Shown here in pieces: positions 51,167 to 64,000 of a DNA stretch of 64,000 bases; the first letter of the stretch is position 1, and each line of letters begins with the position of its first letter. Made by a program: the position numbers and the translations under genes. The stretch is from Felis catus (taxonomy: Eukaryota). The DNA is taken from the NCBI RefSeq assembly GCF_018350175.1, contig NC_058368.1, positions 25,608,001 to 25,672,000 of the forward strand, in the 5' to 3' direction. Under the pieces are notes generated by a model. The model made no database searches. It saw nothing but the letters and a program-made list of their open reading frames with translations, and had not been told where the DNA came from.

Positions 51167-51901
51167 CACATGCTCCTTTTCAACACTGAAAAAAAGACTC
51201 CTATTAAGTTAATGTCACAAGTCATTAGGCTACAATCATGGTCCATAATCAATCACCCTTATCAAAATCACTTAAAGATCTCCTTCATTATACTTTATAT
51301 AGATTTATGTACTATGCTGGGGATCAATTTTCACATTATTTAGTGTATTTCTGAAATATAAAATCCATGTTAAAAAAATAAGAATAGTAGCATAAGCATC
51401 TCCAAAATAATTTAAAAGATGAACACTGGCAGATTGGGGAAGAGAAGTCTATAAATTTTAGTCAGCAGATCCTCTATTCACTCTCCTTGGGAAGTACAGT
51501 GCTTCCCTTATTAAAGTAACAATAAATATTTGTTAAGCAAATGAAGAAATGACACCATTATTGGACAGTTAGATCATGCAGGGCAAGAACCACATTAAGA
51601 AATCCCACATTAATGCTTGATTTGATACATGCAGACTATTTTCGTGACTAAGTGGAAAACCCTAAGTAACACCACCTTGGCTAATCTGGTTATCAACTGT
51701 AGAATTAAACAACTACAAAAAAAAAAAGGAAAAAAACCAAACACTGAACAACAAGTGTTTCCACCAGCAGCTGCCAATGTAGGAGTCATTTGTGTTACAG
51801 CTGTATTTGATTGCAACTTATGTTATTCTTAAAATGACAGGTTTCATAAAAGGAGGTGTATTTTCTAAGATTTTTATTTCATTTTTAAAAGGAGAAAGTA
51901 A

Positions 51902-52124
51902 GGGGTGCCGGGGTGGTTCAGTCGGTCGAGCATCCGACTTTGGCTCAGGTCATGATCTCGCAGTCTGTGAGTTCGAGCCCCACACTGGACTCTGCTGTTG
52001 GCTTAGAGCCTGGAGCCTGCTTTGGATTCTGTGTCTCCCTCTCTCTCTGTTCCTCCCTAGCTTACACTCTGTCTCTCTCTCTCAAAAATAAAGATTAAAA
52101 TGTTTTTTTTTAATAAAATAAAAT
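51902..52124 (+). mobile_element. Can-SINE
   Basis: TSD taaaaggagaaagtaa. Confidence 0.95.
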
Positions 52125-52864
52125 AAAAGGAGAAAGTAAGCAGTGAAAGAGGTAAACAGTGCCTCTAAGGGGGGAGAAGGAGGCTGACATTTGCAGGGTG
52201 AGAGAAAGAAAGATCTCAAGGCAAGGAGAAGCAGGAATAGCAGTGGAGCACCAGAAGCGTCTATGAGCGAGAGCACATACATTTGGCCCAAAGTCAGATA
52301 ACCAAAGGGAAGTTTCAGAAGAAAGCCCAGCTTGGGAACAGGCAAACAGAAGGCTGGGAGAAAGGCCAGGTGAGGTAATAGCCAGGTGCACACTGAGCTG
52401 ATTTACTAATATGAAAGGTTCTGGTGACATTTAACACAGTCCACTTATAGGAAGTTTTAAATATTCTGAGAATAGGAGAGGAGAGCTTCTTGGAGGACCA
52501 GAGTAATGGAGTTATATCGTTACCTGGCAGGGCTGTTCAAAGGATTAAAGAGAGTAAATATGAAATTAAATAATTTAAGTGTCCCTTACAAATATTTACT
52601 ATTCGTAAGCTTTATGAAAACACAAACCTTCCTTGTGTTCCTAGGGCCTAGAATAGGCCTGCAGGATAATTGTGTTGAATAATAAGTGAGAAGATAAAAG
52701 ATGAGAATAAAAGTTTTAGGCTGCATTCAATCAGGAATGGTAATCTGGTTGTCAAATCATGAGATTTGCAGGAATATATCTAACATTTAGATCTGACATT
52801 TAAGAGAATAGGCTTAATAGGTTTAATTTTCACTCTGTAGGAAACAGACACTCCATATCTACTT

Positions 52865-53048
52865 ACACTGTCTAATATAGTAGCCACTAGCAAAATACAA
52901 TTATTTAAATTAATTTAAATTAAAACTTAGCTCCCCAGGCACACCAACCACATTTTAAGCACTCAATAGGTGCATGTGGCTGTTGGCCTACATAGTGGAC
53001 AACATAGAGACAGAACACTTCTATCACGGCAGAAAGTTCAACTGGAGA
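52865..53048. mobile_element. MER3-like hAT MITE
   Basis: ctgtctaatatagtagccactagc...agaacacttctatcacggcagaaagttc. Confidence 0.75.
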
Positions 53049-54624
53049 ATCACAAAGTCAAATCTCTACAGGAGTTTGTCCAGTGGAGTAGGAAGCACCA
53101 GTGAGAGCTAGGGGCTGTGGTGAACTGGAAATAGAGCACATGCTCCATCCTCAGTGAGCAGTAAGTCCTTAGCACTTACTTGTTAGTCTGTAGGAATACA
53201 AGCAGAGTATTACCAGATCTTCCAATTACTCAAGAAAACGCAGTCAGATTTTTAAGTGAAAGCATTTATTAAACAGTGCCAACTAATTCAATTTTTATAA
53301 AGGGCAAACCCTTCCCCTCCCCAAACGAAAACAAAACTCTCAATACCAAAAAACACATATACTAGCTCTACCAGGCCACTAGTTAGCAGCCCTCAAACAT
53401 CTATATCCCAGGGGTTTTGTCTGCTTTTTGGAAGCAAAGCAGCAGCAAAGAATTAAGAATTCTTTACTAGAAGCTGGAAAGTCATGACACAAGTAATAAC
53501 CACTTGCATAAAGACACCAGTTTTGTTGAAGGACCAGCCATTCCCTCCACCTCCAATCCCACGCCCCTATCCTAAGGAGAATCCATGAGCTGGCTGAGAT
53601 GCTCTCCTAGATTGTTGCTAAGGGAGTGCATTCCAGCCAGTAAGCAGACTAACAATTGAAAAATATCTCCTAAACAATACAGAAATTAGACAGTTTTCGG
53701 CTCTTTATAAAACTAGCAATTTCATATGATTCAACCTAACCGCTCCTGCTAAATGACAGGCTTAACACTGAGTTGAATTTTTACATGAGAAAAGAATTCA
53801 AATCGCTAATTAAGTCCCAGCATAATGGTGACTTACCCATGATCATACAGTTTGTCAGAAGCAGGGCGGGGGGTAGGGGGGAATGTATGATACCTTGTCC
53901 AGGGCTCTTCACCTGTATCACAATTACATCTTAAATATAATGAAACAACCCAGATGTCTTTTCGAGTTGATAAGCATATACTGCCCCAATTTAAAATGTT
54001 TATAGCTATTTGAGAAAATATCCTATGTCCCAAAATATGTCCATTACATTAGCTAGCAAGGTACTCAGAAGGGGCCTACACTCCTCAAGGAATGATGACT
54101 CACACTTGGACTTTGCTTTCTCCTAGATTCTGGTTAGAAACAACAGTCACTGACAAGCTTTTGGTATGTGTTGAGTAAGGTAAAATAAACGACTGTTAGT
54201 GTAATGAAGACATTTTGTAAGGGTCTTGTTCTTGTTTTCTAAATTACTGCCTAATTTCTATTTTTCACTGAAACACTCCAAGACTGTCAATCTATTATCA
54301 AATTTTCACTGCTCCAGGAAGAGTGTGTCACCAGCATTTCAGAGAGTATCTATCGCTGCTAAACAGTACAAAGTCTCCACTCGACAGTCCAAAATATAAA
54401 TATCTTGCCTCCTGCCAAAACATTTCCACTATCTTACATAGTTTATCCTTCATATTCTTTCCTTATGTAATATATTTATTATCTTAAACTTGAAGGCAAG
54501 TTCATCCAGGGGATACCTTTAACTTAAGCAGTAGCATTACTTCTAAGTCACCAGAGCTCTGGTTGAATGCAAGTACAAAAGACACCCAAACTGTTGTAGG
54601 AAGGGGGCCAGGAAGACAGCGCAC

Positions 54625-54625
<1 letters not shown>

Positions 54626-54661
<36 letters not shown>

Positions 54662-54662
54662 C
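54626..54662. repeat. (CAA)n microsatellite
   Basis: Read directly. Source of the poly-C ORF. Confidence 0.95.
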
Positions 54663-54955
54663 TTCTTATGAGTCTAGAAAACAATAGGATGTCTAAGGTT
54701 TGCATTGCTTGAAGATTTTGTTCAAATAATTATAAATTATGGTCACTTGCAACTTATCCATTATAATTTTTTTTCCTTTAGTCTAAGTTAGGCATGCTTT
54801 TTTAATACCATCTCATGAAAGTAAATTTCTTTTCACCACGGAAAGTTTGGATTTCAATTTAAGCATGTGATGGGGAAGCAGGAAGCAGGCAGAAAGGAAA
54901 GAGGGGACAGAAGGGAGGATAGCTTTTATTGGGAGAAATCCTCTGCTACTTACAC

Positions 54956-55171
54956 TTTTTTTTTTTTTTAATGATTATTTATTTTTGAGAGAAAGACACA
55001 CACAGAGTGCGAGTGGGGGAGGGGCAGAGAGACGGAGACACAGAACCCAAAGCAGGCTCCAGGCTCCATGCTCTCAGCACAGAGCCCGATGCAGGGCCTG
55101 AACCCACGAGCCACAAGATCATGACCCGAGCCAAAGTCAGCGCTTAACTGACTGAGCCACCCAGGTGCCCC
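54956..55171 (-). mobile_element. Can-SINE
   Basis: Full body. TSD-like ctta(c/t)acttt. Confidence 0.94.
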
Positions 55172-55407
55172 TGCTTATACTTTTCCTTTTAATCATATAC
55201 TCTAGTCACTATTTTAGTACAGGCAAAAAGTAGAAATATATGAGGGGAAAAGAAAAGGTTACCTAAGCAGGGACCATTTATTACTTCTCAATACAAGATC
55301 AAAAACTAGCTACTCTTCCTATGGTAGAAGTGAAATTATCCTAAACTTCAATGGATGGTGAGTGACAAAAATAATTCTACTTTATTCTTTAAGAACTTTT
55401 CATTTTA

Positions 55408-55611
55408 GGGGCGCCTGGGTGGCTCAGTCGGTTGAGTGACCGACTTCAGCTCAGGTCATGATCTCACGGTTTGTGAGTTCGAGCCCCACGTTGGACTCTA
55501 TGCTGCCTGCTCCGGATTCTGTGTCTCCCTCTCTCTCTGCCCCTCCCCTGCTCATGTTCTGTCTCTATCTCAGAAATAAATAAACATTAAAAAAACATTT
55601 TTTTTTTTAAA
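55408..55611 (+). mobile_element. Can-SINE (internal deletion), first of a tandem pair
   Basis: TSD aagaacttttcatttta. Confidence 0.94.
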
Positions 55612-55628
55612 AAGAACTTTTCATTTTA

Positions 55629-55826
55629 GGGGCGTTTGGGTGGCTCAGTTGGTTAAGCATCCAACTCTTGATCTTGGCTCAGGTCGCATCTCATGGTTTG
55701 TGGGATGGAGCCCTACACTGGGCTCTGTGCTGATAGCACGCAGCCAGCTTGCAATTTTCTCTCTCCCCCTCTCTCTGCATCTCTCTCTTTCTCTCTCTCA
55801 AAATAAATAAACATTAAAAAAAACCC
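55629..55826 (+). mobile_element. Older Can-SINE, second of the tandem pair
   Basis: Followed by aaaacttttcattgta, a third copy of the target sequence. Confidence 0.92.
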
Positions 55827-56537
55827 AAAACTTTTCATTGTATTTCCCTTCTTCCAACTCCAGTGAAAGTAAAAAGCCTAAATAATTTGGTACAGTTCCC
55901 AGGGGTGTGGTCAAAAGCTTATCAAAAGGTCCACTAATATTTATAACTCAATATTCAAAAGAGCAACAAAGAACTATCTTTTGTATTCAGATTCATACAA
56001 ATATCCTGCATTAAAAAAAAATTTGAGAATAAAATCAAATCTTTGGCATTTGAAAGACCTTGAACAATGCTTAGCCTAAAAAGAATGTACCATACCATGC
56101 ATGATATGGTAAGATCTGAAACCAGACTCCGATTTTAGGTTCTAGTCCTACCACCAGGTCTGACCTAGGACAAGTTAGTCAACCTCTTTGACACCTTTGT
56201 GACTTTGTGGGGAAAAACTGAGGATTATAACAAGAGAAATAAGGGAGATAATCTTTACAAAACACTCCGAATAGCCATTCCACAGTATACATTCAGTACA
56301 TGGTAGCTATTATTGTAATTACTGTTATTACTCAAGTAACTACACTGAACAGAAATGTATGGGAGTTATTTGAAGACAACTTTTAATAATTATCTGATTT
56401 ACCAATTTGAATTTAAAGCCAAGACTTAGGGAATCTGTGTTTATCCTTTATTTATTCTAATAGGAGACATTTGGCTACATCAGATTAAAAGCACTTTCTT
56501 TGATCTCCTCTGATGTTTTCAAGGATAAGAAAATTTC

Positions 56538-56762
56538 GGGGCGCCTGGGTGGCTCAGTCAGTTAAGCAGCCGACTTCGGCTCAGGTCATGATCTCATGGT
56601 CCGTGAGTTCGAGCCCTGCGTCGGGCTCTGTGCTGACAGCTCAGGGCCCGGAGCCTGTTTCAGATTCTGTCTCCCTCTCTCTGACCCTCCCCCGTTCATG
56701 CTCTGTCTCTCTCTGTCTCAAAAATAAATAAACGTTAAAAAAAATTAAAAAAAAAAAAAAAA
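56538..56762 (+). mobile_element. Can-SINE (SINEC_Fc)
   Basis: Exact TSD aaggataagaaaatttc. Confidence 0.96.
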
Positions 56763-56850
56763 AAGGATAAGAAAATTTCTTCCTAAATGCCATTCGGCTG
56801 CAGGTAACATATGTAATGCTCACAGAAGTGCTAATTAAAAAAACTAATTA

Positions 56851-57020
56851 GGAGTGCTTGGGTGGCTCTTGGCTTCAGCTCAGGTCATGATCTCATGCTT
56901 CCTGAGTTTGAGCCCTGCATCTGGCTCTGAGCTGATAGCACAGAGCCTGCTTGGGATTCTTTCTCTCTTTCTCTCTCTCTCAAAAGAAATAAACGTTTGA
57001 AAAATAAAAATAAAAAAATA
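56851..57020 (+). mobile_element. Can-SINE with deletions
   Basis: cttcagctcaggtcatgatctcatg, (CT)n and A tail. Confidence 0.88.
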
Positions 57021-57114
57021 ATTATAACCTAACCACAGCATCAAAAGACATAAAAATATTGTAGCTTACAGTTTTGGGTAACTATGCATCTGTTTTTTAA
57101 AATTCACTGAATTA

Positions 57115-57328
57115 GGGGTGCCTGGGTGGTTCAGTTGGTTAAGTGTCCGACTTCAGCTCAGGTCATGATCTCACAGTCCGTGAGTTCAAGCCCTCAGTCG
57201 GGCTCTGTGCTGACAGCTCAGAGCCTGGAGCCTGCTTCAGATTCTGTGTCTCCCTCTCTCTCTCTGCCCCGCCCCTGCTCATGCTTTGTCTCTCTCTCAA
57301 AAATAAATAAAAACATTAAAAAAAAAAA
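57115..57328 (+). mobile_element. Can-SINE
   Basis: TSD attcactgaatta. Confidence 0.95.
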
Positions 57329-58301
57329 CTATTAAGATTCACTGAATTATTAGATGTAGTCAAATATTTTTGGATTTCATCTTTAGGGCACTCAAATCAA
57401 TGTCTCATATATGACTTCCAACCAGTAGTGACTAGAACACGTATCTAAGTTGAACAAAAGTAGAAAACTACATTTGAGCAGAACATCGCTTTAAGTTATA
57501 CAGAAAATTCATAACCATTCTTAAACTAAGTCTCAAAAATTATCTTTCCCTGTCTTCCTCATCATATTAAAATATGGTTCAAGGAGGTTTTATAATTTTC
57601 TTCCCAGAGGACAGGGCCACCTTTAGAAAAACTGCAAGGTGGGTACAAATGCATGGAGTAACTGTTTTATTCCTCACCTTCCCTTCATTGTGTCTATTTT
57701 ACTTTGGCTAGTGTCCCTGTTTTTCCTCCTTGACCTTTTTAGTTGTTTTTCTATCTTCTATCTAGAGATTATTATTTCAAATACATTATTTTACCCCAAT
57801 GACCAAATAGGCAAATGCTTCAGGAAATATTAAGCAATAACACTTAGGCCCCTTTCTACCCTGTAACCCCTAAGGATTCATTTAGATTTTCATATCTGAA
57901 AGAATGCTGTGCCCAACACTTACCTATAATGACCCTCATACACTTCTGTGCATGCAGTGGGTTAATTTAGCATTTAGCAATCTTCCTGACACCACCATTT
58001 TACTCATGCAACTCGGGTTTCACCATCTATTTCTTCTCCCAGATTACTTAGGAAAACAGAACATGAGTTTTGCCTAAGTACTAGTTCTAGAGAGTCCTGC
58101 TGCTTAAAGGCTCCCCCTACCAGCTAAGTAACGGACTTCAGCCTTCTGCTTCCCTGCAGATTCCCCACGTACAGAGTTGAATGACTCAGAGGAATGACTG
58201 GATGAGAGAGCTGTAGGCCAAGCAGTCACCATGGCAGTTCAGTGTGATATACTAGGGAACTGCCAAGCCCTTGAATACTCTCGAATCACATCATACACGT
58301 C

Positions 58302-58519
58302 TTTTTTTTTTTTTTTTAACATTTATTCATTTTTGAGAGACAGAGTCACAGCGTGAGCGGGGGAGAGGCAGAGGAAGAGAGGGAGACACAGAATCCAAGC
58401 AGGCTCCAGACTCTGAGCTGTCAGCAGAGAGCCTGATGCGGGGCTTGAACTCACAAACCGTGAGACCATGACCTGAGCTGAAGTCGGATGCTTAACTGAC
58501 TGAGCCACCCAGGCGCTCC
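58302..58519 (-). mobile_element. Can-SINE
   Basis: TSD acatca(t/c)acac(g/a)tc. Confidence 0.94.
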
Positions 58520-58703
58520 ACATCACACACATCTTGATTGAAAATATTTAAAAAGAAAGTATTTAATAGGATGCAAAAGTTCTCTCTTTTCACTAAAGAC
58601 TGAAATGTATTTATTAATTTAAGGCTACAGTGTGATTTTAAGAGCTTCAAGTCTCACATAGGTTTTACTTTTGTGGATAAAATTCTTTAAAAACTAAAAG
58701 AAA

Positions 58704-58965
58704 GGGGCACCTGGGTGGCTCAGATGGTTAAGCCTCCAACTCTTGATTTCAGCTCAGGTCATGATCTCATGGTTTAGGAGACTGAGCCCTGCGTTAGGTT
58801 CTGTGCAGACAGCATGAAGCCTGCTTCGGCTTCTCTCCCCGCCAACCTCTGCCCATACCCCCGCTCACGCACATGTGTGTGCTCTCTCTTTTAAAATGAA
58901 TAAGCTTTAAAAAAAAAAAAAAGGCAGTAGTTACAGAGGGCTGTATATAAAAAAAAAAGAAGACA
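58704..58965 (+). mobile_element. Can-SINE with a 26-nt 3' tag and a second A run
   Basis: TSD aaaaactaaaagaaa encloses the SINE and the tag. Confidence 0.92.
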
Positions 58966-60600
58966 AAAAACTAAAAGAAAAATTGTTAGAAATTGCCATT
59001 AATATAATAAAAGCAACTCCATTTCATAACAGAAAAACTAATAACGCTTTTATGTTCACCATTTTGATAAAGTGCTGGGAATAATTATTACACTAAGATT
59101 TTCTCTTTTCACAACTTTATCTGTTCATGTTGCCAGTCCTCTCAAGTAGACATTCAACTCCATCTACTATTTTGAAAGCTCCCCAAACTGCTTATCCACT
59201 GACTGATAAATAGGATTCGGGTTTGGTATTATTTGGTGGGGAATTCTACAATAGACAGAAAGTTCCCTGTCCATAATGCAAATTTTCTTTTACATAAAAC
59301 CGATGGACAGATTTACTAAGAACCAAGTCTATCATTTTATGAGTATAACACAAATTTTTTCTTGCTATTAATAGAGGGAGGAAAGCATTATAGAAATGTT
59401 TTAATCTGGTTTTTCTAAATACATAAAATACCACCCGGTTCAATTTATACCTAGGATTTTTATAACTGGTCTCAGTACAAAGACAACACACTTGCATACA
59501 GGAAAAGGGTTTCTAAACAACATGGGAGTGAAAACAGTCCTGATGCTTTATGGATTTAGACTCTGTGTGTTATTTTATTTGCACTGTTAGCTCTACTTGA
59601 AAGCAGCTTCATCTTATAGTCACCTATTTAATAGCCTATAATTCCCACGAAATATTAGGGATATCAGGATATTCTTCATGTAGCTCTGGTTAGTCACAGA
59701 ACGACTGCTATTATGGGCCCAAAACAAATATATAAAAACGTTTTCTGCATCATCAACGTGCAGAGATGATACAAATTACTACACAGGCCATGATGCTTAT
59801 TTGAGAGTGATGCACAAAATCCACTTCTTTTGATATGATAAGCTGGGCAATTTATTTTTGTAAATGTCACTTTGGTAGACCTCTTTGGTGAGGGGGAATA
59901 TCAGTAAAAGGATGATGAGGATGAATACCAGTAAGAAATCATAAACTCCTATCTATATTATCTTTTCCTTTGTGGTAATGGTTCTATACAAGCTGTTTTC
60001 CCCAGTTCCCTCTAGTGTTGCTATCTGAAAGCCAGCTGTGTCCATGGAACAGTCCAAGGTAACACACTCAAATGGCAACCAATCCTATGACTTTGGTTTC
60101 CTAGCACTGTGTTAGGCAGGAACAAATGAAAAAATATGTAGGTATGTACATATATGTACATACATATTTGGATGAACACATTTTAAAACACACCCATGTT
60201 ATATTCCTCCCAGCTCAATATTTAGAGCCAAGAAAGAAATTAATAGGATATGAGCTTGCTGTATTTTTATACAGATCAAAATGAGACTATAGATGACTAA
60301 AGGGAAGTGGGCGTCTGTGGGTTTAATTCATACACGAAGTAGGGGTTAAAGTATGGAGTATGTTTGATAAAAGCAATTTAGATGTGAAATGAACTTGGTA
60401 GTTTAAGTGAGCCTTTACATCTTTTATAACAGATGGTACAGCAACAATCTTTACATCATTTAAGATTAAATCAGATTCTTGAAACTATGAACTCTATCAC
60501 CACGAACAAGCTACACTATTTTCTCCAAATAACGTATATTAGATAATGTGTATTTTCTGTAAGGTGCAAGTTAATACTACGTGATTTCTGAAGGAAACAC

Positions 60601-60817
60601 TTTTTTTTTTAAACGTTTATTTATTTTTGTGACGGAGAGAGACAGAGCATGAATGGGGGGGGGGGGGGCAGAGAGAGAGGGAGACACAGAATCGGAAACA
60701 GGCTCCAGGCTCTGAGCCATCAGCCCAGAGCCTGACGCAGGGCTCGAACTCATGGACCGCGAGATTGTGACCTGGCTGAAGTCGGACACTTAACCGACTG
60801 AGCCACTCAGGCACCCC
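60601..60817 (-). mobile_element. Can-SINE (SINEC_Fc)
   Basis: TSD tgaaggaaacac. Confidence 0.96.
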
Positions 60818-61436
60818 TGAAGGAAACACATTTTAAAAATGAAAATAAATTTATGTAACTGTTACTTTAAGTAGTGACTAAAGGAACTTAAAGTGGATGT
60901 TTAGAAGGGGAAATGAATGAAGTAATGTAGTTCAAAGAGGCTGACCTAACAAATCAGACAATAAAAGATGGGAAAAAATGACTGGGACAAGAAGTCCTTT
61001 CCAGTTTTCATATTTGTTATACTATAAATTTAAGGCTTATAACCAGAATTATTTAAAATAGTTTAAAGCTAAGCACCCAAGATTATCAAGCAGCCCCAAC
61101 TGCTAACCTTCAGATCAATTCCTTTGACTCCTAAAAATATTTAGGTTAGGGATTAAATAAGCTGCTTATGGTGATAGAAGCAATGTTTCTCTAGCCAGTC
61201 ACTGTGATATATACTGCAAGTATGAATCATTCTTCCAAATTAAAATTTCTATGATCCTATGACTACGTGATGAGTGCCAACAGAATACACCAGTGGGATC
61301 AAACAACTTCTATTCAGCAAATTTAAAAATTCCATTCTGCAAAATTTCAGTTGCCTCTAAGTAAAAATCAGCATTATTAGCTGCGTATCACGTCAAGCTG
61401 TAGGAAACTACCCAGGCATACACTAACCAAAACACT

Positions 61437-61450
61437 GTTGCTATGGTGAC
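61437..61450. promoter_or_regulatory. RFX X-box-like motif
   Basis: GTTGCTATGGTGAC versus the palindromic consensus GTTGCCATGGCAAC, in repeat-free intron. Motif match only. Confidence 0.3.
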
Positions 61451-62315
61451 TAAGCAAATATAGCAAATGGCTACTTCATTAGCGACTCCATGAAACTATA
61501 AATGCTGGAATAATAGATGGGAAATGTCTGACTGTATGTGGCCACCAACGTGTGCTGAGACTCAGAATTTTTGAAAAGATAAAGTAAATTTCAATACGCT
61601 TTTCGCAACTTTCAAAAAATTAAGAAGAGAGATTCTGGTGCTAATTAAAACCAAATCAAGCTGGGGCGGGGGGGGGGGGGTGGTGCGGATTACAGAGGAG
61701 TGGTAAGGCTCAAGGGAGAGTGCTCCATTTAGGACCAGCTGCTGTGATGCGGATATTGATATTAGAGACTGCGAGTCATTTAGACTGTCCTTTAGGATAG
61801 CAAAGCGAGAAAGAAGGACTCCCTATTGATTCACTCTAGGAGACTTTCCACTGTGAATGGGGTTGCAGGCCATATGGTCTCACTTTCTCTCCATCAAGAG
61901 GATGAATAGAGGGGTTGAAAGAATTCTGCACATGCTTCAACTTGGAAGAATTCAAACTACTCTTACTCCAACCTCATGAAAACAAAGGCTATAAACTAAA
62001 AAAACCCCAAATGCTTTTTCCTCCCCTCATAAATTTACACCTCCACTAAGAACGTTTAGTTAACACTAACTATATACGGACTAACCAAATATATGCTTAT
62101 ATTTTAGTATCTACTGAATGTTATTAGTTATGTTGATATCATCTTGTTATAAAATGTCAGTTATGGTACATAATCACATTAGTTATATAAACGATGCTAG
62201 TTACACTGTGACCTTTTTTGAAAATTTGTATTTATTTATCTTGAGAGAGAGCATGTGTGCATGCTCCACATTATGATCTTCTGATGACACATTACCACAA
62301 AAATAAAGTCCTAGT

Positions 62316-62483
62316 TGGCTGAGTGTCTGACTCTTGATTTCGGCTCAGGTCATGATCTCATGAGATCAACCCTCGTGTCAGGCTCTGTGCTAATGGCACA
62401 GAGCCTGCCTGAGACTCTCTCCGTTTCTCTCTGCCCCACTCCTGTTCTCTCTCAAAACAAATAAACAAACATTAAAAAAAAAA
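62316..62483 (+). mobile_element. 5'-truncated Can-SINE
   Basis: TSD aaagtcctagtt. Confidence 0.9.
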
Positions 62484-63060
62484 GTCCTAGTTCAAAGTAA
62501 GGTATTACAATTGTAAGACATTTAGCTAATTATGTATAGCACATTGTTATGAACAATTATAGCAGCTTAAGACGGACAAGTACATTGGCAATACTGGCTC
62601 AAGTTAGTTTAGTTTTTTGCTTTTTTTTTTTTTTTTTTTTTAAGCAAAACTACCATTACGAGTAAAAAAGCAATATACAAAACTGTCTGACTTCTATTAA
62701 ATATTAAATGCGATGCTTGTTTCTGTCTTGCTTTGATCAGTATAAACATCAGTGTGTAAAAGCCGTACTTACTAAGCACCTCAACTTGTCTTCCCAAATT
62801 TCTATTAGGATCTTCTAACCCTCGGGACTTGGGCACACTACACAGTAGACTCTTCTCTTCTATCTGAAAGGCTTTCTCATCAGCACTGCTTAAGACATAC
62901 AAATGCATATTAGAATTACCTCTCCTACCATACTCAAGCACCCAACCACACACACATTGCCATTATTAAACTTTTACTACAATTTATTAATGTATCTATC
63001 TTACCTTCCTTGTCAAAATGTACAGTTCAAAACAGTACTTAATTACGTGTTCTATTCCTA

Positions 63061-63260
63061 TTTTTTTTAAAATGTTTTCTCTATTTTTGAGAGAGTGAGT
63101 GAGCACAAGCGGGGAAAGGGCAGAGAGAGGGAGACAGAGGATCCGAAGCAGGCTCTGTGCTGACAGCAGAGAGTCTGATGTGGGGCTCAAAGTTGTGAAC
63201 ATGACCTGAGTCGAAGTCAAGAGCTAGATACTTAACTGACTGAGAGCTACCCAGATGCCC
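63061..63260 (-). mobile_element. Can-SINE
   Basis: TSD tgttctatt(c/t)cta. Confidence 0.93.
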
Positions 63261-64000
63261 TGTTCTATTTCTAAAACAAAGAGATGACCAAAAAAAATTC
63301 CATACATCACTATGTTTGCTCTTCTGACCAGGTTCCTTTCTGCCAACAGCTCTCAAAACATCTCACCTTCAACATTTTGATGTTTACACATAAATCTCTT
63401 TCTCACCCCATCTTCATTCTTCCTCACACTGTATTATAAACAGTACCTCCAGCTTCTTCTAAATATGTATGTTTACACTTTCTCACCAGCCACCTTCCAA
63501 CCCCAACAAAAGCCACTATTTCAAAGGGATATCACATCTCTACCATCTCTCAACAGACTGTCAGAGGCAAGTCACGCTGTATCCCACAAGTGCCTGTTCT
63601 TAATTAACAGAGAAAACAAACATACAAAGAGGTAAATAACAGTGTACAGGAAAAGCTGCAAAGGAGAGATGAGTAAAGTACATGGGGAAGATGGGGCAAT
63701 TGCCTGGAGGGGTAGAGGAAGGCTTTTCTGGGGAGGTGAAGGCCTAGTTAGGAGTTTGTTGTACAAAGTGGGACAGAAAGAAGGTGGCAAATTCCAAGAA
63801 TGGGGGGGGGGGGAGGGAGAAAGAGGAAATAATGGAGGGAGAAGAAGGAGGGAAGGCCCAAAGGGGAAAGAAGGGAGGGAGGGAGGGGAAAAGAGGTGAA
63901 AAATAAGTGTTTAAAGGTTGTTAGGTCAGGCTACAGAAGTTCTTCTAACCAAACTTAGCTGTTAGTCATTTGTTGAAACAGGGAACTACAGGAAAGGGCT

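Noticed and set aside
53831..53915. Strong minus-strand donor (G|gtaagt) with a possible upstream acceptor
   Set aside because: Weak polypyrimidine tract and no relation to the RAP30 sequence.
62609..62953. 114-aa minus-strand ORF ending in poly-Lys
   Set aside because: Non-ATG start, ends in a poly(A) tract, and has no recognisable homology or flanking TSD to support a retrocopy.
47..63260. tRNA genes
   Set aside because: The A/B-box-like heads belong to tRNA-derived SINEs and continue into (CT)n and A tails. No standalone tRNA was seen.
8192..63356. Recurring peptides such as MAQSVKRPTSAQVMIS... and ...RETEHERGRGRE... that look like a gene family
   Set aside because: All are translations of Can-SINE copies.
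47253..64000. Nested KCTD4 gene or further GTF2F2 exons
   Set aside because: No BTB-domain ORF or upstream RAP30 peptide was found. They are expected beyond the window end.

Overview
Eukaryotic (mammalian, felid-type) genomic DNA, identified by about 45 tRNA-derived carnivore SINEs (Can-SINE/SINEC_Fc type) plus L1, L2, MIR, MaLR/ERVL LTR, Tigger and hAT relics. The only gene I can firmly support is the 3' part of GTF2F2 (TFIIF beta/RAP30) on the minus strand. Its last three coding exons lie at 47153-47252, 33379-33522 and 18561-18680, all with canonical AG/GT borders, followed by a 3' UTR with AATAAA signals near 18.0-18.15 kb. Everything from 18.7 kb to the window end is GTF2F2 intron, and the upstream exons lie beyond 64000. 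Positions 1-18 kb are downstream flank and visibly more GC-rich in the first ~10 kb. Nearly all ORFs in the supplied track are translations of repeats or chance ORFs. I found no convincing new biological system. The best second-look items are: two SINEs carrying 3'-transduced tags inside their target-site duplications (TSDs), a candidate two-exon ORF or decayed gene at 4.6-9.5 kb, repeated and nested SINE insertions at single target sites, and an inverted duplication with (TG)n/(CA)n arms inside an L1. Repeat family names come from remembered consensus sequences, not from a search, and repeat boundaries are approximate.
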